Program-made: the position numbers and the translations under genes
The notes under the pieces: generated by a model
Seen by the model: only the letters and a program-made list of their open reading frames with translations
Database searches by the model: none
Told to the model about the DNA's origin: nothing
In this document: positions 40,101 to 55,100 of the stretch, piece by piece
Position numbering within the stretch: the stretch's first letter is position 1
Layout of the letters: each line of letters starts with the position of its first letter
Origin: the human T2T-CHM13v2.0 reference genome, Homo sapiens
DNA length: 64,000 nucleotides
Assembly: GCF_009914755.1 (NCBI RefSeq)
Contig: NC_060939.1
Direction: 5' to 3' (one strand)

Positions 40101-43100
40101 TGCTGAATCAAAAGACAGTTTCAACTCTGTGACTTCAGTGCACACCTCACAAGGATGTTTCTCAGAATGCTTCTGTGTAGTTTTTATATAAAGATATCTC
40201 CTTCTCCAAAATGGATCTCAAAGTTCTCCAAATATTCACTTCCAGATTCTATGGAAAGATTGTCTCAAAACTGCTCAATCAAACCAAAGGTTCAACTCTG
40301 TGAGATGAATGCCCACATCACAAAGAAGTTTCTCAGAGTACTTCTGTGTAGTTTCTATTTGAGGATAGTTCCTTTTCCACCACAGACCAGAAAGGGCTCC
40401 AAATATCCATTGCAGATGGTACAAAAAGTGAGATTCAAAACTGCTCAATCCAAAGGTAGTTTCAACCATGTGATATGAATGCACACAGCACAGAGAATTT
40501 TCTCAAAATGCGTCTGTCTAGTTTTTATTTGAAGATATTTCCTTTTCTACCATAGGCCACAAACGTCTCCAAATATCCACATGCAGCTTCTACAAAAAGA
40601 GAGATTCCAAACTTCTCAATCAAAAGATAGGTTCAACTCTGTGAGTTGAAAGCACACCTCACAGAGAAGTTTCTCAGAGTGCTTCTGTGTGTTTTTATGT
40701 GAAGATATTTCCTTTTCCACAATAGGCCTCAAAGCTCTCCAAATATCTGCGAGCAGAGTCTACAAAATGAGAGATTCAAAACTGCTCAATGAAAAGATAG
40801 GTTCAACTCTGTGAGTTGAATGCACACCTCCAAAGAAGTTTCTCAGAATGCTTCCGTGTAGTTTTTATGTGAAGATATTTACTTTTCCACAGTTGTCCCA
40901 AAGCTCTAAAATGTCCACTTGCAGACCCTCCAAAAGAGTGTTTCAGAATTGCTCAATCAAAGGGAAGGTTCAATTCTGTGTGACCAATGCACTCATCACA
41001 AAGAAGTTTGTCTGAATGCTTCTGTGTAGAATTGATTTGAAGATAATTCCTTTTCCACCACAGTCCGCAAAGGGCTAAAAATATCCACTTGCCGATTCCA
41101 CAAAAAGAGAGATTCAAAACTGCTCAATCACAAGATAGGTTCAACTTGGTAATTGGAAAGCACACATGACAAACAATTTCTGAGAATGTTTCTGTGTAGT
41201 TTTTAAGGGAAGATATTTGATTTTCAAATGTAGGCCTCAAATCGCTCCAAATATCCACTTGCATATTGTACAAAAAGAGAGATTCAAAACTGGTCACTCA
41301 AAAGTTAGGTCCAGCTCTGTGAGCTGAATGCACACATCACAAAGATGTTTCTCAGAAGGTTTCTGTATAGTTTTTATATGAAGATATTGGCTTTTCCACA
41401 ATATGCCTCAAATCTCCCCAATTATCCACTTGCAGATTCTAGAAAAAGAGTGTTTCAAAACAGCTCAATCAAAATAAACTTTCAACTCTGTGAGATCAAT
41501 GCACACATCACAAAGAAGTTTCTCAGAATGCTTCTGTGTAGTTTTTTTTGTGAAGATATTTGATTTTCCACAGCAGGCTTCCAAGCACTCCAAATATCCA
41601 CTCGCAGATTCTGCAAAAAGAGAGATTCAAATCTGCTGAATCAAAAGATAGGTTTAACTCTGTGACTTCAATGCACACCTCACAAGGGTGTTTCTCAGAA
41701 AGCTTCTGTGTAGTTTTTATATGAAGATATCTCCTTCTCCAAAGCAGGTCTCAAAGCCCTCCAAATATTCACTTCAAGATTCTACGGAAAGATTGTCTCA
41801 ACACTGCTAAATCTAAACAAATGTTCAACTCTGTGTGATGAATGCACTCATCACAGAGAAGTTTCTCTGAATGCCTCTGTGTAGTTTTTATTTGAAGATA
41901 TTTGCTTTTCCAGTATAGGGCGAAATAGGGCTCCAAATATTCACTTGCAGATTCTACAAAAGGAGAGATTCCAAACTGCTCAATCAAAACATAGGTTCAA
42001 CACTGTGAGTTGAATGCACACATCACAAAGAAGTTTCACAGAGTGCTTCTGGGTAGTTTTTATTTGAGGATATTTCCCTTTCCACAATAGGCCTCAAAGC
42101 TTTCCAAATATCCACTTGCAGATTCTGCAAAAAGAGAGATACAAAACTGCTCTATCAAAAGATAGATTCGACTCTGTGAGTTGAATGCCAACATCGCAAA
42201 GAAGTTTCTCAGAATGCTTCTCTGCAGCTTTTTTGTGAGTATGTTTCGTTTTCCACCATAGGGCGAAATGGGGCTCCAAATATCCACTTGCATTTCCTAC
42301 AAAAAGAGAGATTCTAAGCTGCTCAATCAAAACATTGTTTCAACACGGTTAGTTGAATGCACACATCCCAAAGATGTTTTTCAGAGTGCTTCTGTGTGGT
42401 TTTTATGTGAAGATACTTCCTTTTCCACAATAGGCCTCAAATCTCTGTAAATATCCACTTACAGACTCTACAAAGAGTGTTTCCAAACTCCTCAATCATA
42501 AGATAGGTTCAACTCCGATAGTTGAATGCACACATCACAAAGAAGTTTCTCGGAAAGCTTCTGTGTAGTTTTTGATGAAGATATCTTCTTCTCTAAAACA
42601 GAACTCCAAGCCCTCCAAATATTCACTTCAAGATTCTACGGAAAGATTGTCTCAAACTGCTAAATCAAAACAAAGGTTCAACTCTGTGTGATGAATGCAT
42701 TCATCACAAAGAAGTTTCTCTGAGTGCTTCTGTGCAGTTTTTATTTGAAGATAATTGCTTTTCCAGTATAGGGCGAAATAGGGCTCCAAATATTCACTTG
42801 CAGATTCTACAGAAAGAGAGATTCCAAACTGCTCAATCAAAACATAGGTTCAACACTGTGAGTTGAATGCATACATCGCAAAGAAGTTTCACAGAGTACT
42901 TCTGGGTGGTTTTTATTTGAAGATATTTCCCTTTCCACAATAGGCCTCAAAGCTTTCCAAATGTCCACTTGCAGATTCCACCAAAAGAGTGTTTCGAAAC
43001 TGCTCAATCAAAAGAAAGGTTCTACTCTGTGGGATGAATGCACACATCACAAAGTAGTTTCTCAGAATGCTTCTGTGTAGTTTTTATGTGAAGATATTTG

Positions 43101-46100
43101 TTTTTCCACAGTAGGCCCCAAAGAGCTCCAAATATTCACTTGCAGATTCTACAAAAAGAGTGTTCCAAAACTGCTCAATCATGAAATAGGATCAACCCTG
43201 TGAGATGAATGTACGTATGACAGAGAAGTTTCTCAGAATGCTTCTGTGTAGTTTTTATGCGAAGATATTCGACTTTCCACAGTACGCCTCAAAGTTCTCC
43301 AATTATCCACTCGTAGATCCTGCAAAAAGAGAGATTCAAAACTGCTCAATCAAAAGATAGTTTCTACTCCATTAGCTGAAAGACCACATCACAAAAAAAG
43401 TTTCTCAGGATGCTTCTGTGTAGTTTTTATGTGAAGATATTTGGTTTTCCACAGTAGGCCTCAAAGCGCTCCAAATATCCACTCACAGATTCTGCAAAAA
43501 GAGAGATTCAAAACTGCTGAATCAAAAGACAGTTTCAACTCTGTGACTTCAGTGCACACCTCACAAGGATGTTTCTCAGAATGCTTCTGTGTAGTTTTTA
43601 TATAAAGATATCTCCTTCTCCAAAATGGATCTCAAAGTTCTCCAAATATTCACTTCCAGATTCTATGGAAAGATTGTCTCAAAACTGCTCAATCAAACCA
43701 AAGGTTCAACTCTGTGAGATGAATGCCCACATCACAAAGAAGTTTCTCAGAGTACTTCTGTGTAGTTTCTATTTGAGGATAGTTCCTTTTCCACCACAGA
43801 CCAGAAAGGGCTCCAAATATCCATTGCAGATGGTACAAAAAGTGAGATTCAAAACTGCTCAATCCAAAGGTAGTTTCAACCATGTGATATGAATGCACAC
43901 AGCACAGAGAATTTTCTCAAAATGCGTCTGTCTAGTTTTTATTTGAAGATATTTCCTTTTCTACCATAGGCCACAAACCTCTCCAAATATCCACATGCAG
44001 CTTCTACAAAAAGAGAGATTCAAAACTTCTCAATCAAAAGATAGGTTCAACTCTGTGAGTTGAAAGCACACCTCACAGAGAAGTTTCTCAGAGTGCTTCT
44101 GTGTGTTTTTATGTGAAGATATTTCCTTTTCCACAATAGGCCTCAAAGCTCTCCAAATATCTGCGAGCAGAGTCTACAAAATGAGAGATTCAAAACTGCT
44201 CAATGAAAAGATAGGTTCAACTCTGTGAGTTGAATGCACACCTCCAAAGAAGTTTCTCAGAATGCTTCCGTGTAGTTTTTATGTGAAGATATTTACTTTT
44301 CCACAGTTGTCCCAAAGCTCTAAAATGTCCACTTGCAGACCCTCCAAAAGAGTGTTTCAGAATTGCTCAATCAAAGGGAAGGTTCAATTCTGTGTGACCA
44401 ATGCACTCATCACAAAGAAGTTTGTCTGAATGCTTCTGTGTAGAATTGATTTGAAGATAATTCCTTTTCCACCACAGTCCGCAAAGGGCTAAAAATATCC
44501 ACTTGCCGATTCCACAAAAAGAGAGATTCAAAACTGCTCAATCACAAGATAGGTTCAACTTGGTAATTGGAAAGCACACATGACAAACAATTTCTGAGAA
44601 TGTTTCTGTGTAGTTTTTAAGGGAAGATATTTGATTTTCAAATGTAGGCCTCAAATCGCTCCAAATATCCACTTGCATATTGTACAAAAAGAGAGATTCA
44701 AAACTGGTCACTCAAAAGTTAGGTCCAGCTCTGTGAGCTGAATGCACACATCACAAAGATGTTTCTCAGAAGGTTTCTGTATAGTTTCTATATGAAGATA
44801 TTGGCTTTTCCACAATATGCCTCAAATCTCCCCAATTATCCACTTGCAGATTCTAGAAAAAGAGTGTTTCAAAACAGCTCAATCAAAATAAACTTTCAAC
44901 TCTGTGAGATCAATGCACACATCACAAAGAAGTTTCTCAGAATGCTTCTGTGTAGTTTTTTTTGTGAAGATATTTGATTTTCCACAGCAGGCTTCCAAGC
45001 ACTCCAAATATCCACTCGCAGATTCTGCAAAAAGAGAGATTCAAATCTGCTGAATCAAAAGATAGGTTTAACTCTGTGACTTCAATGCACACCTCACAAG
45101 GGTGTTTCTCAGAAAGCTTCTGTGTAGTTTTTATATGAAGATATCTCCTTCTCCAAAGCAGGTCTCAAAGCCCTCCAAATATTCACTTCAAGATTCTACG
45201 GAAAGATTGTCTCAACACTGCTAAATCTAAACAAATGTTCAACTCTGTGTGATGAATGCACTCATCACAGAGAAGTTTCTCTGAATGCCTCTGTGTAGTT
45301 TTTATTTGAAGATATTTGCTTTTCCAGTATAGGGCGAAATAGGGCTCCAAATATTCACTTGCAGATTCTACAAAAGGAGAGATTCCAAACTGCTCAATCA
45401 AAACATAGGTTCAACACTGTGAGTTGAATGCACACATCACAAAGAAGTTTCACAGAGTGCTTCTGGGTAGTTTTTATTTGAGGATATTTCCCTTTCCACA
45501 ATAGGCCTCAAAGCTTTCCAAATATCCACTTGCAGATTCTGCAAAAAGAGAGATACAAAACTGCTCTATCAAAAGATAGATTCGACTCTGTGAGTTGAAT
45601 GCCAACATCGCAAAGAAGTTTCTCAGAATGCTTCTCTGCAGCTTTTTTGTGAGTATGTTTCGTTTTCCACCATAGGGCGAAATGGGGCTCCAAATATCCA
45701 CTTGCATTTCCTACAAAAAGAGAGATTCTAAGCTGCTCAATCAAAACATTGTTTCAACACGGTTAGTTGAATGCACACATCCCAAAGATGTTTTTCAGAG
45801 TGCTTCTGTGTGGTTTTTATGTGAAGATACTTCCTTTTCCACAATAGGCCTCAAATCTCTGTAAATATCCACTTGCAGACTCTACAAAGAGTGTTTCCAA
45901 ACTCCTCAATCATAAGATAGGTTCAACTCCGATAGTTGAATGCACACATCACAAAGAAGTTTCTCGGAAAGCTTCTGTGTAGTTTTTGATGAAGATATCT
46001 TCTTCTCTAAAACAGAACTCCAAGCCCTCCAAATATTCACTTCAAGATTCTACGGAAAGATTGTCTCAAACTGCTAAATCAAAACAAAGGTTCAACTCTG

Positions 46101-49100
46101 TGTGATGAATGCATTCATCACAAAGAAGTTTCTCTGAGTGCTTCTGTGCAGTTTTTATTTGAAGATAATTGCTTTTCCAGTATAGGGCGAAATAGGGCTC
46201 CAAATATTCACTTGCAGATTCTACAGAAAGAGAGATTCCAAACTGCTCAATCAAAACATAGGTTCAACACTGTGAGTTGAATGCATACATCGCAAAGAAG
46301 TTTCACAGAGTACTTCTGGGTGGTTTTTATTTGAAGATATTTCCCTTTCCACAATAGGCCTCAAAGCTTTCCAAATGTCCACTTGCAGATTCCACCAAAA
46401 GAGTGTTTCGAAACTGCTCAATCAAAAGAAAGGTTCTACTCTGTGGGATGAATGCACACATCACAAAGTAGTTTCTCAGAATGCTTCTGTGTAGTTTTTA
46501 TGTGAAGATATTTGTTTTTCCACAGTAGGCCCCAAAGAGCTCCAAATATTCACTTGCAGATTCTACAAAAAGAGTGTTCCAAAACTGCTCAATCATGAAA
46601 TAGGATCAACCCTGTGAGATGAATGTACGTATGACAGAGAAGTTTCTCAGAATGCTTCTGTGTAGTTTTTATGCGAAGATATTCGACTTTCCACAGTACG
46701 CCTCAAAGTTCTCCAATTATCCACTCGTAGATCCTGCAAAAAGAGAGATTCAAAACTGCTCAATCAAAAGATAGTTTCTACTCCATTAGCTGAAAGACCA
46801 CATCACAAAAAAAGTTTCTCAGGATGCTTCTGTGTAGTTTTTATGTGAAGATATTTGGTTTTCCACAGTAGGCCTCAAAGCGCTCCAAATATCCACTCAC
46901 AGATTCTGCAAAAAGAGAGATTCAAAACTGCTGAATCAAAAGACAGTTTCAACTCTGTGACTTCAGTGCACACCTCACAAGGATGTTTCTCAGAATGCTT
47001 CTGTGTAGTTTTTATATAAAGATATCTCCTTCTCCAAAATGGATCTCAAAGTTCTCCAAATATTCACTTCCAGATTCTATGGAAAGATTGTCTCAAAACT
47101 GCTCAATCAAACCAAAGGTTCAACTCTGTGAGATGAATGCCCACATCACAAAGAAGTTTCTCAGAGTACTTCTGTGTAGTTTCTATTTGAGGATAGTTCC
47201 TTTTCCACCACAGACCAGAAAGGGCTCCAAATATCCATTGCAGATGGTACAAAAAGTGAGATTCAAAACTGCTCAATCCAAAGGTAGTTTCAACCATGTG
47301 ATATGAATGCACACAGCACAGAGAATTTTCTCAAAATGCGTCTGTCTAGTTTTTATTTGAAGATATTTCCTTTTCTACCATAGGCCACAAACGTCTCCAA
47401 ATATCCACATGCAGCTTCTACAAAAAGAGAGATTCCAAACTTCTCAATCAAAAGATAGGTTCAACTCTGTGAGTTGAAAGCACACCTCACAGAGAAGTTT
47501 CTCAGAGTGCTTCTGTGTGTTTTTATGTGAAGATATTTCCTTTTCCACAATAGGCCTCAAAGCTCTCCAAATATCTGCGAGCAGAGTCTACAAAATGAGA
47601 GATTCAAAACTGCTCAATGAAAAGATAGGTTCAACTCTGTGAGTTGAATGCACACCTCCAAAGAAGTTTCTCAGAATGCTTCCGTGTAGTTTTTATGTGA
47701 AGATATTTACTTTTCCACAGTTGTCCCAAAGCTCTAAAATGTCCACTTGCAGACCCTCCAAAAGAGTGTTTCAGAATTGCTCAATCAAAGGGAAGGTTCA
47801 ATTCTGTGTGACCAATGCACTCATCACAAAGAAGTTTGTCTGAATGCTTCTGTGTAGAATTGATTTGAAGATAATTCCTTTTCCACCACAGTCCGCAAAG
47901 GGCTAAAAATATCCACTTGCCGATTCCACAAAAAGAGAGATTCAAAACTGCTCAATCACAAGATAGGTTCAACTTGGTAATTGGAAAGCACACATGACAA
48001 ACAATTTCTGAGAATGTTTCTGTGTAGTTTTTAAGGGAAGATATTTGATTTTCAAATGTAGGCCTCAAATCGCTCCAAATATCCACTTGCATATTGTACA
48101 AAAAGAGAGATTCAAAACTGGTCACTCAAAAGTTAGGTCCAGCTCTGTGAGCTGAATGCACACATCACAAAGATGTTTCTCAGAAGGTTTCTGTATAGTT
48201 TTTATATGAAGATATTGGCTTTTCCACAATATGCCTCAAATCTCCCCAATTATCCACTTGCAGATTCTAGAAAAAGAGTGTTTCAAAACAGCTCAATCAA
48301 AATAAACTTTCAACTCTGTGAGATCAATGCACACATCACAAAGAAGTTTCTCAGAATGCTTCTGTGTAGTTTTTTTTGTGAAGATATTTGATTTTCCACA
48401 GCAGGCTTCCAAGCACTCCAAATATCCACTCGCAGATTCTGCAAAAAGAGAGATTCAAATCTGCTGAATCAAAAGATAGGTTTAACTCTGTGACTTCAAT
48501 GCACACCTCACAAGGGTGTTTCTCAGAAAGCTTCTGTGTAGTTTTTATATGAAGATATCTCCTTCTCCAAAGCAGGTCTCAAAGCCCTCCAAATATTCAC
48601 TTCAAGATTCTACGGAAAGATTGTCTCAACACTGCTAAATCTAAACAAATGTTCAACTCTGTGTGATGAATGCACTCATCACAGAGAAGTTTCTCTGAAT
48701 GCCTCTGTGTAGTTTTTATTTGAAGATATTTGCTTTTCCAGTATAGGGCGAAATAGGGCTCCAAATATTCACTTGCAGATTCTACAAAAGGAGAGATTCC
48801 AAACTGCTCAATCAAAACATAGGTTCAACACTGTGAGTTGAATGCACACATCACAAAGAAGTTTCACAGAGTGCTTCTGGGTAGTTTTTATTTGAGGATA
48901 TTTCCCTTTCCACAATAGGCCTCAAAGCTTTCCAAATATCCACTTGCAGATTCTGCAAAAAGAGAGATACAAAACTGCTCTATCAAAAGATAGATTCGAC
49001 TCTGTGAGTTGAATGCCAACATCGCAAAGAAGTTTCTCAGAATGCTTCTCTGCAGCTTTTTTGTGAGTATGTTTCGTTTTCCACCATAGGGCGAAATGGG

Positions 49101-52100
49101 GCTCCAAATATCCACTTGCATTTCCTACAAAAAGAGAGATTCTAAGCTGCTCAATCAAAACATTGTTTCAACACGGTTAGTTGAATGCACACATCCCAAA
49201 GATGTTTTTCAGAGTGCTTCTGTGTGGTTTTTATGTGAAGATACTTCCTTTTCCACAATAGGCCTCAAATCTCTGTAAATATCCACTTACAGACTCTACA
49301 AAGAGTGTTTCCAAACTCCTCAATCATAAGATAGGTTCAACTCCGATAGTTGAATGCACACATCACAAAGAAGTTTCTCGGAAAGCTTCTGTGTAGTTTT
49401 TGATGAAGATATCTTCTTCTCTAAAACAGAACTCCAAGCCCTCCAAATATTCACTTCAAGATTCTACGGAAAGATTGTCTCAAACTGCTAAATCAAAACA
49501 AAGGTTCAACTCTGTGTGATGAATGCATTCATCACAAAGAAGTTTCTCTGAGTGCTTCTGTGCAGTTTTTATTTGAAGATAATTGCTTTTCCAGTATAGG
49601 GCGAAATAGGGCTCCAAATATTCACTTGCAGATTCTACAGAAAGAGAGATTCCAAACTGCTCAATCAAAACATAGGTTCAACACTGTGAGTTGAATGCAT
49701 ACATCGCAAAGAAGTTTCACAGAGTACTTCTGGGTGGTTTTTATTTGAAGATATTTCCCTTTCCACAATAGGCCTCAAAGCTTTCCAAATGTCCACTTGC
49801 AGATTCCACCAAAAGAGTGTTTCGAAACTGCTCAATCAAAAGAAAGGTTCTACTCTGTGGGATGAATGCACACATCACAAAGTAGTTTCTCAGAATGCTT
49901 CTGTGTAGTTTTTATGTGAAGATATTTGTTTTTCCACAGTAGGCCCCAAAGAGCTCCAAATATTCACTTGCAGATTCTACAAAAAGAGTGTTCCAAAACT
50001 GCTCAATCATGAAATAGGATCAACCCTGTGAGATGAATGTACGTATGACAGAGAAGTTTCTCAGAATGCTTCTGTGTAGTTTTTATGCGAAGATATTCGA
50101 CTTTCCACAGTACGCCTCAAAGTTCTCCAATTATCCACTCGTAGATCCTGCAAAAAGAGAGATTCAAAACTGCTCAATCAAAAGATAGTTTCTACTCCAT
50201 TAGCTGAAAGACCACATCACAAAAAAAGTTTCTCAGGATGCTTCTGTGTAGTTTTTATGTGAAGATATTTGGTTTTCCACAGTAGGCCTCAAAGCGCTCC
50301 AAATATCCACTCACAGATTCTGCAAAAAGAGAGATTCAAAACTGCTGAATCAAAAGACAGTTTCAACTCTGTGACTTCAGTGCACACCTCACAAGGATGT
50401 TTCTCAGAATGCTTCTGTGTAGTTTTTATATAAAGATATCTCCTTCTCCAAAATGGATCTCAAAGTTCTCCAAATATTCACTTCCAGATTCTATGGAAAG
50501 ATTGTCTCAAAACTGCTCAATCAAACCAAAGGTTCAACTCTGTGAGATGAATGCCCACATCACAAAGAAGTTTCTCAGAGTACTTCTGTGTAGTTTCTAT
50601 TTGAGGATAGTTCCTTTTCCACCACAGACCAGAAAGGGCTCCAAATATCCATTGCAGATGGTACAAAAAGTGAGATTCAAAACTGCTCAATCCAAAGGTA
50701 GTTTCAACCATGTGATATGAATGCACACAGCACAGAGAATTTTCTCAAAATGCGTCTGTCTAGTTTTTATTTGAAGATATTTCCTTTTCTACCATAGGCC
50801 ACAAACGTCTCCAAATATCCACATGCAGCTTCTACAAAAAGAGAGATTCAAAACTTCTCAATCAAAAGATAGGTTCAACTCTGTGAGTTGAAAGCACACC
50901 TCACAGAGAAGTTTCTCAGAGTGCTTCTGTGTGTTTTTATGTGAAGATATTTCCTTTTCCACAATAGGCCTCAAAGCTCTCCAAATATCTGCGAGCAGAG
51001 TCTACAAAATGAGAGATTCAAAACTGCTCAATGAAAAGATAGGTTCAACTCTGTGAGTTGAATGCACACCTCCAAAGAAGTTTCTCAGAATGCTTCCGTG
51101 TAGTTTTTATGTGAAGATATTTACTTTTCCACAGTTGTCCCAAAGCTCTAAAATGTCCACTTGCAGACCCTCCAAAAGAGTGTTTCAGAATTGCTCAATC
51201 AAAGGGAAGGTTCAATTCTGTGTGACCAATGCACTCATCACAAAGAAGTTTGTCTGAATGCTTCTGTGTAGAATTGATTTGAAGATAATTCCTTTTCCAC
51301 CACAGTCCGCAAAGGGCTAAAAATATCCACTTGCCGATTCCACAAAAAGAGAGATTCAAAACTGCTCAATCACAAGATAGGTTCAACTTGGTAATTGGAA
51401 AGCACACATGACAAACAATTTCTGAGAATGTTTCTGTGTAGTTTTTAAGGGAAGATATTTGATTTTCAAATGTAGGCCTCAAATCGCTCCAAATATCCAC
51501 TTGCATATTGTACAAAAAGAGAGATTCAAAACTGGTCACTCAAAAGTTAGGTCCAGCTCTGTGAGCTGAATGCACACATCACAAAGATGTTTCTCAGAAG
51601 GTTTCTGTATAGTTTTTATATGAAGATATTTGCTTTTCCACAATATGCCTCAAATCTCCCCAATTATCCACTTGCAGATTCTAGAAAAAGAGTGTTTCAA
51701 AACAGCTCAATCAAAATAAACTTTCAACTCTGTGAGATCAATGCACACATCACAAAGAAGTTTCTCAGAATGCTTCTGTGTAGTTTTTTTTGTGAAGATA
51801 TTTGATTTTCCACAGCAGGCTTCCAAGCACTCCAAATATCCACTCGCAGATTCTGCAAAAAGAGAGATTCAAATCTGCTGAATCAAAAGATAGGTTTAAC
51901 TCTGTGACTTCAATGCACACCTCACAAGGGTGTTTCTCAGAAAGCTTCTGTGTAGTTTTTATATGAAGATATCTCCTTCTCCAAAGCAGGTCTCAAAGCC
52001 CTCCAAATATTCACTTCAAGATTCTACGGAAAGATTGTCTCAACACTGCTAAATCTAAACAAATGTTCAACTCTGTGTGATGAATGCACTCATCACAGAG

Positions 52101-55100
52101 AAGTTTCTCTGAATGCCTCTGTGTAGTTTTTATTTGAAGATATTTGCTTTTCCAGTATAGGGCGAAATAGGGCTCCAAATATTCACTTGCAGATTCTACA
52201 AAAGGAGAGATTCCAAACTGCTCAATCAAAACATAGGTTCAACACTGTGAGTTGAATGCACACATCACAAAGAAGTTTCACAGAGTGCTTCTGGGTAGTT
52301 TTTATTTGAGGATATTTCCCTTTCCACAATAGGCCTCAAAGCTTTCCAAATATCCACTTGCAGATTCTGCAAAAAGAGAGATACAAAACTGCTCTATCAA
52401 AAGATAGATTCGACTCTGTGAGTTGAATGCCAACATCGCAAAGAAGTTTCTCAGAATGCTTCTCTGCAGCTTTTTTGTGAGTATGTTTCGTTTTCCACCA
52501 TAGGGCGAAATGGGGCTCCAAATATCCACTTGCATTTCCTACAAAAAGAGAGATTCTAAGCTGCTCAATCAAAACATTGTTTCAACACGGTTAGTTGAAT
52601 GCACACATCCCAAAGATGTTTTTCAGAGTGCTTCTGTGTGGTTTTTATGTGAAGATACTTCCTTTTCCACAATAGGCCTCAAATCTCTGTAAATATCCAC
52701 TTGCAGACTCTACAAAGAGTGTTTCCAAACTCCTCAATCATAAGATAGGTTCAACTCTGATAGTTGAATGCACACATCACAAAGAAGTTTCTCGGAAAGC
52801 TTCTGTGTAGTTTTTGATGAAGATATCTTCTTCTCTAAAACAGAACTCCAAGCCCTCCAAATATTCACTTCAAGATTCTACGGAAAGATTGTCTCAAACT
52901 GCTAAATCAAAACAAAGGTTCAACTCTGTGTGATGAATGCATTCATCACAAAGAAGTTTCTCTGAGTGCTTCTGTGCAGTTTTTATTTGAAGATAATTGC
53001 TTTTCCAGTATAGGGCGAAATAGGGCTCCAAATATTCACTTGCAGATTCTACAGAAAGAGAGATTCCAAACTGCTCAATCAAAACATAGGTTCAACACTG
53101 TGAGTTGAATGCATACATCGCAAAGAAGTTTCACAGAGTACTTCTGGGTGGTTTTTATTTGAAGATATTTCCCTTTCCACAATAGGCCTCAAAGCTTTCC
53201 AAATGTCCACTTGCAGATTCCACCAAAAGAGTGTTTCGAAACTGCTCAATCAAAAGAAAGGTTCTACTCTGTGGGATGAATGCACACATCACAAAGTAGT
53301 TTCTCAGAATGCTTCTGTGTAGTTTTTATGTGAAGATATTTGTTTTTCCACAGTAGGCCCCAAAGAGCTCCAAATATTCACTTGCAGATTCTACAAAAAG
53401 AGTGTTCCAAAACTGCTCAATCATGAAATAGGATCAACCCTGTGAGATGAATGTACGTATGACAGAGAAGTTTCTCAGAATGCTTCTGTGTAGCTTTTAT
53501 GCGAAGATATTCGACTTTCCACAGTACGCCTCAAAGTTCTCCAATTATCCACTCGTAGATCCTGCAAAAAGAGAGATTCAAAACTGCTCAATCAAAAGAT
53601 AGTTTCTACTCCATTAGCTGAAAGACCACATCACAAAAAAAGTTTCTCAGGATGCTTCTGTGTAGTTTTTATGTGAAGATATTTGGTTTTCCACAGTAGG
53701 CCTCAAAGCGCTCCAAATATCCACTCACAGATTCTGCAAAAAGAGAGATTCAAAACTGCTGAATCAAAAGACAGTTTCAACTCTGTGACTTCAGTGCACA
53801 CCTCACAAGGATGTTTCTCAGAATGCTTCTGTGTAGTTTTTATATAAAGATATCTCCTTCTCCAAAATGGATCTCAAAGTTCTCCAAATATTCACTTCCA
53901 GATTCTATGGAAAGATTGTCTCAAAACTGCTCAATCAAACCAAAGGTTCAACTCTGTGAGATGAATGCCCACATCACAAAGAAGTTTCTCAGAGTACTTC
54001 TGTGTAGTTTCTATTTGAGGATAGTTCCTTTTCCACCACAGACCAGAAAGGGCTCCAAATATCCATTGCAGATGGTACAAAAAGTGAGATTCAAAACTGC
54101 TCAATCCAAAGGTAGTTTCAACCATGTGATATGAATGCACACAGCACAGAGAATTTTCTCAAAATGCGTCTGTCTAGTTTTTATTTGAAGATATTTCCTT
54201 TTCTACCATAGGCCACAAACGTCTCCAAATATCCACATGCAGCTTCTACAAAAAGAGAGATTCAAAACTTCTCAATCAAAAGATAGGTTCAACTCTGTGA
54301 GTTGAAAGCACACCTCACAGAGAAGTTTCTCAGAGTGCTTCTGTGTGTTTTTATGTGAAGATATTTCCTTTTCCACAATAGGCCTCAAAGCTCTCCAAAT
54401 ATCTGCGAGCAGAGTCTACAAAATGAGAGATTCAAAACTGCTCAATGAAAAGATAGGTTCAACTCTGTGAGTTGAATGCACACCTCCAAAGAAGTTTCTC
54501 AGAATGCTTCCGTGTAGTTTTTATGTGAAGATATTTACTTTTCCACAGTTGTCCCAAAGCTCTAAAATGTCCACTTGCAGACCCTCCAAAAGAGTGTTTC
54601 AGAATTGCTCAATCAAAGGGAAGGTTCAATTCTGTGTGACCAATGCACTCATCACAAAGAAGTTTGTCTGAATGCTTCTGTGTAGAATTGATTTGAAGAT
54701 AATTCCTTTTCCACCACAGTCCGCAAAGGGCTAAAAATATCCACTTGCCGATTCCACAAAAAGAGAGATTCAAAACTGCTCAATCACAAGATAGGTTCAA
54801 CTTGGTAATTGGAAAGCACACATGACAAACAATTTCTGAGAATGTTTCTGTGTAGTTTTTAAGGGAAGATATTTGATTTTCAAATGTAGGCCTCAAATCG
54901 CTCCAAATATCCACTTGCATATTGTACAAAAAGAGAGATTCAAAACTGGTCACTCAAAAGTTAGGTCCAGCTCTGTGAGCTGAATGCACACATCACAAAG
55001 ATGTTTCTCAGAAGGTTTCTGTATAGTTTTTATATGAAGATATTTGCTTTTCCACAATATGCCTCAAATCTCCCCAATTATCCACTTGCAGATTCTAGAA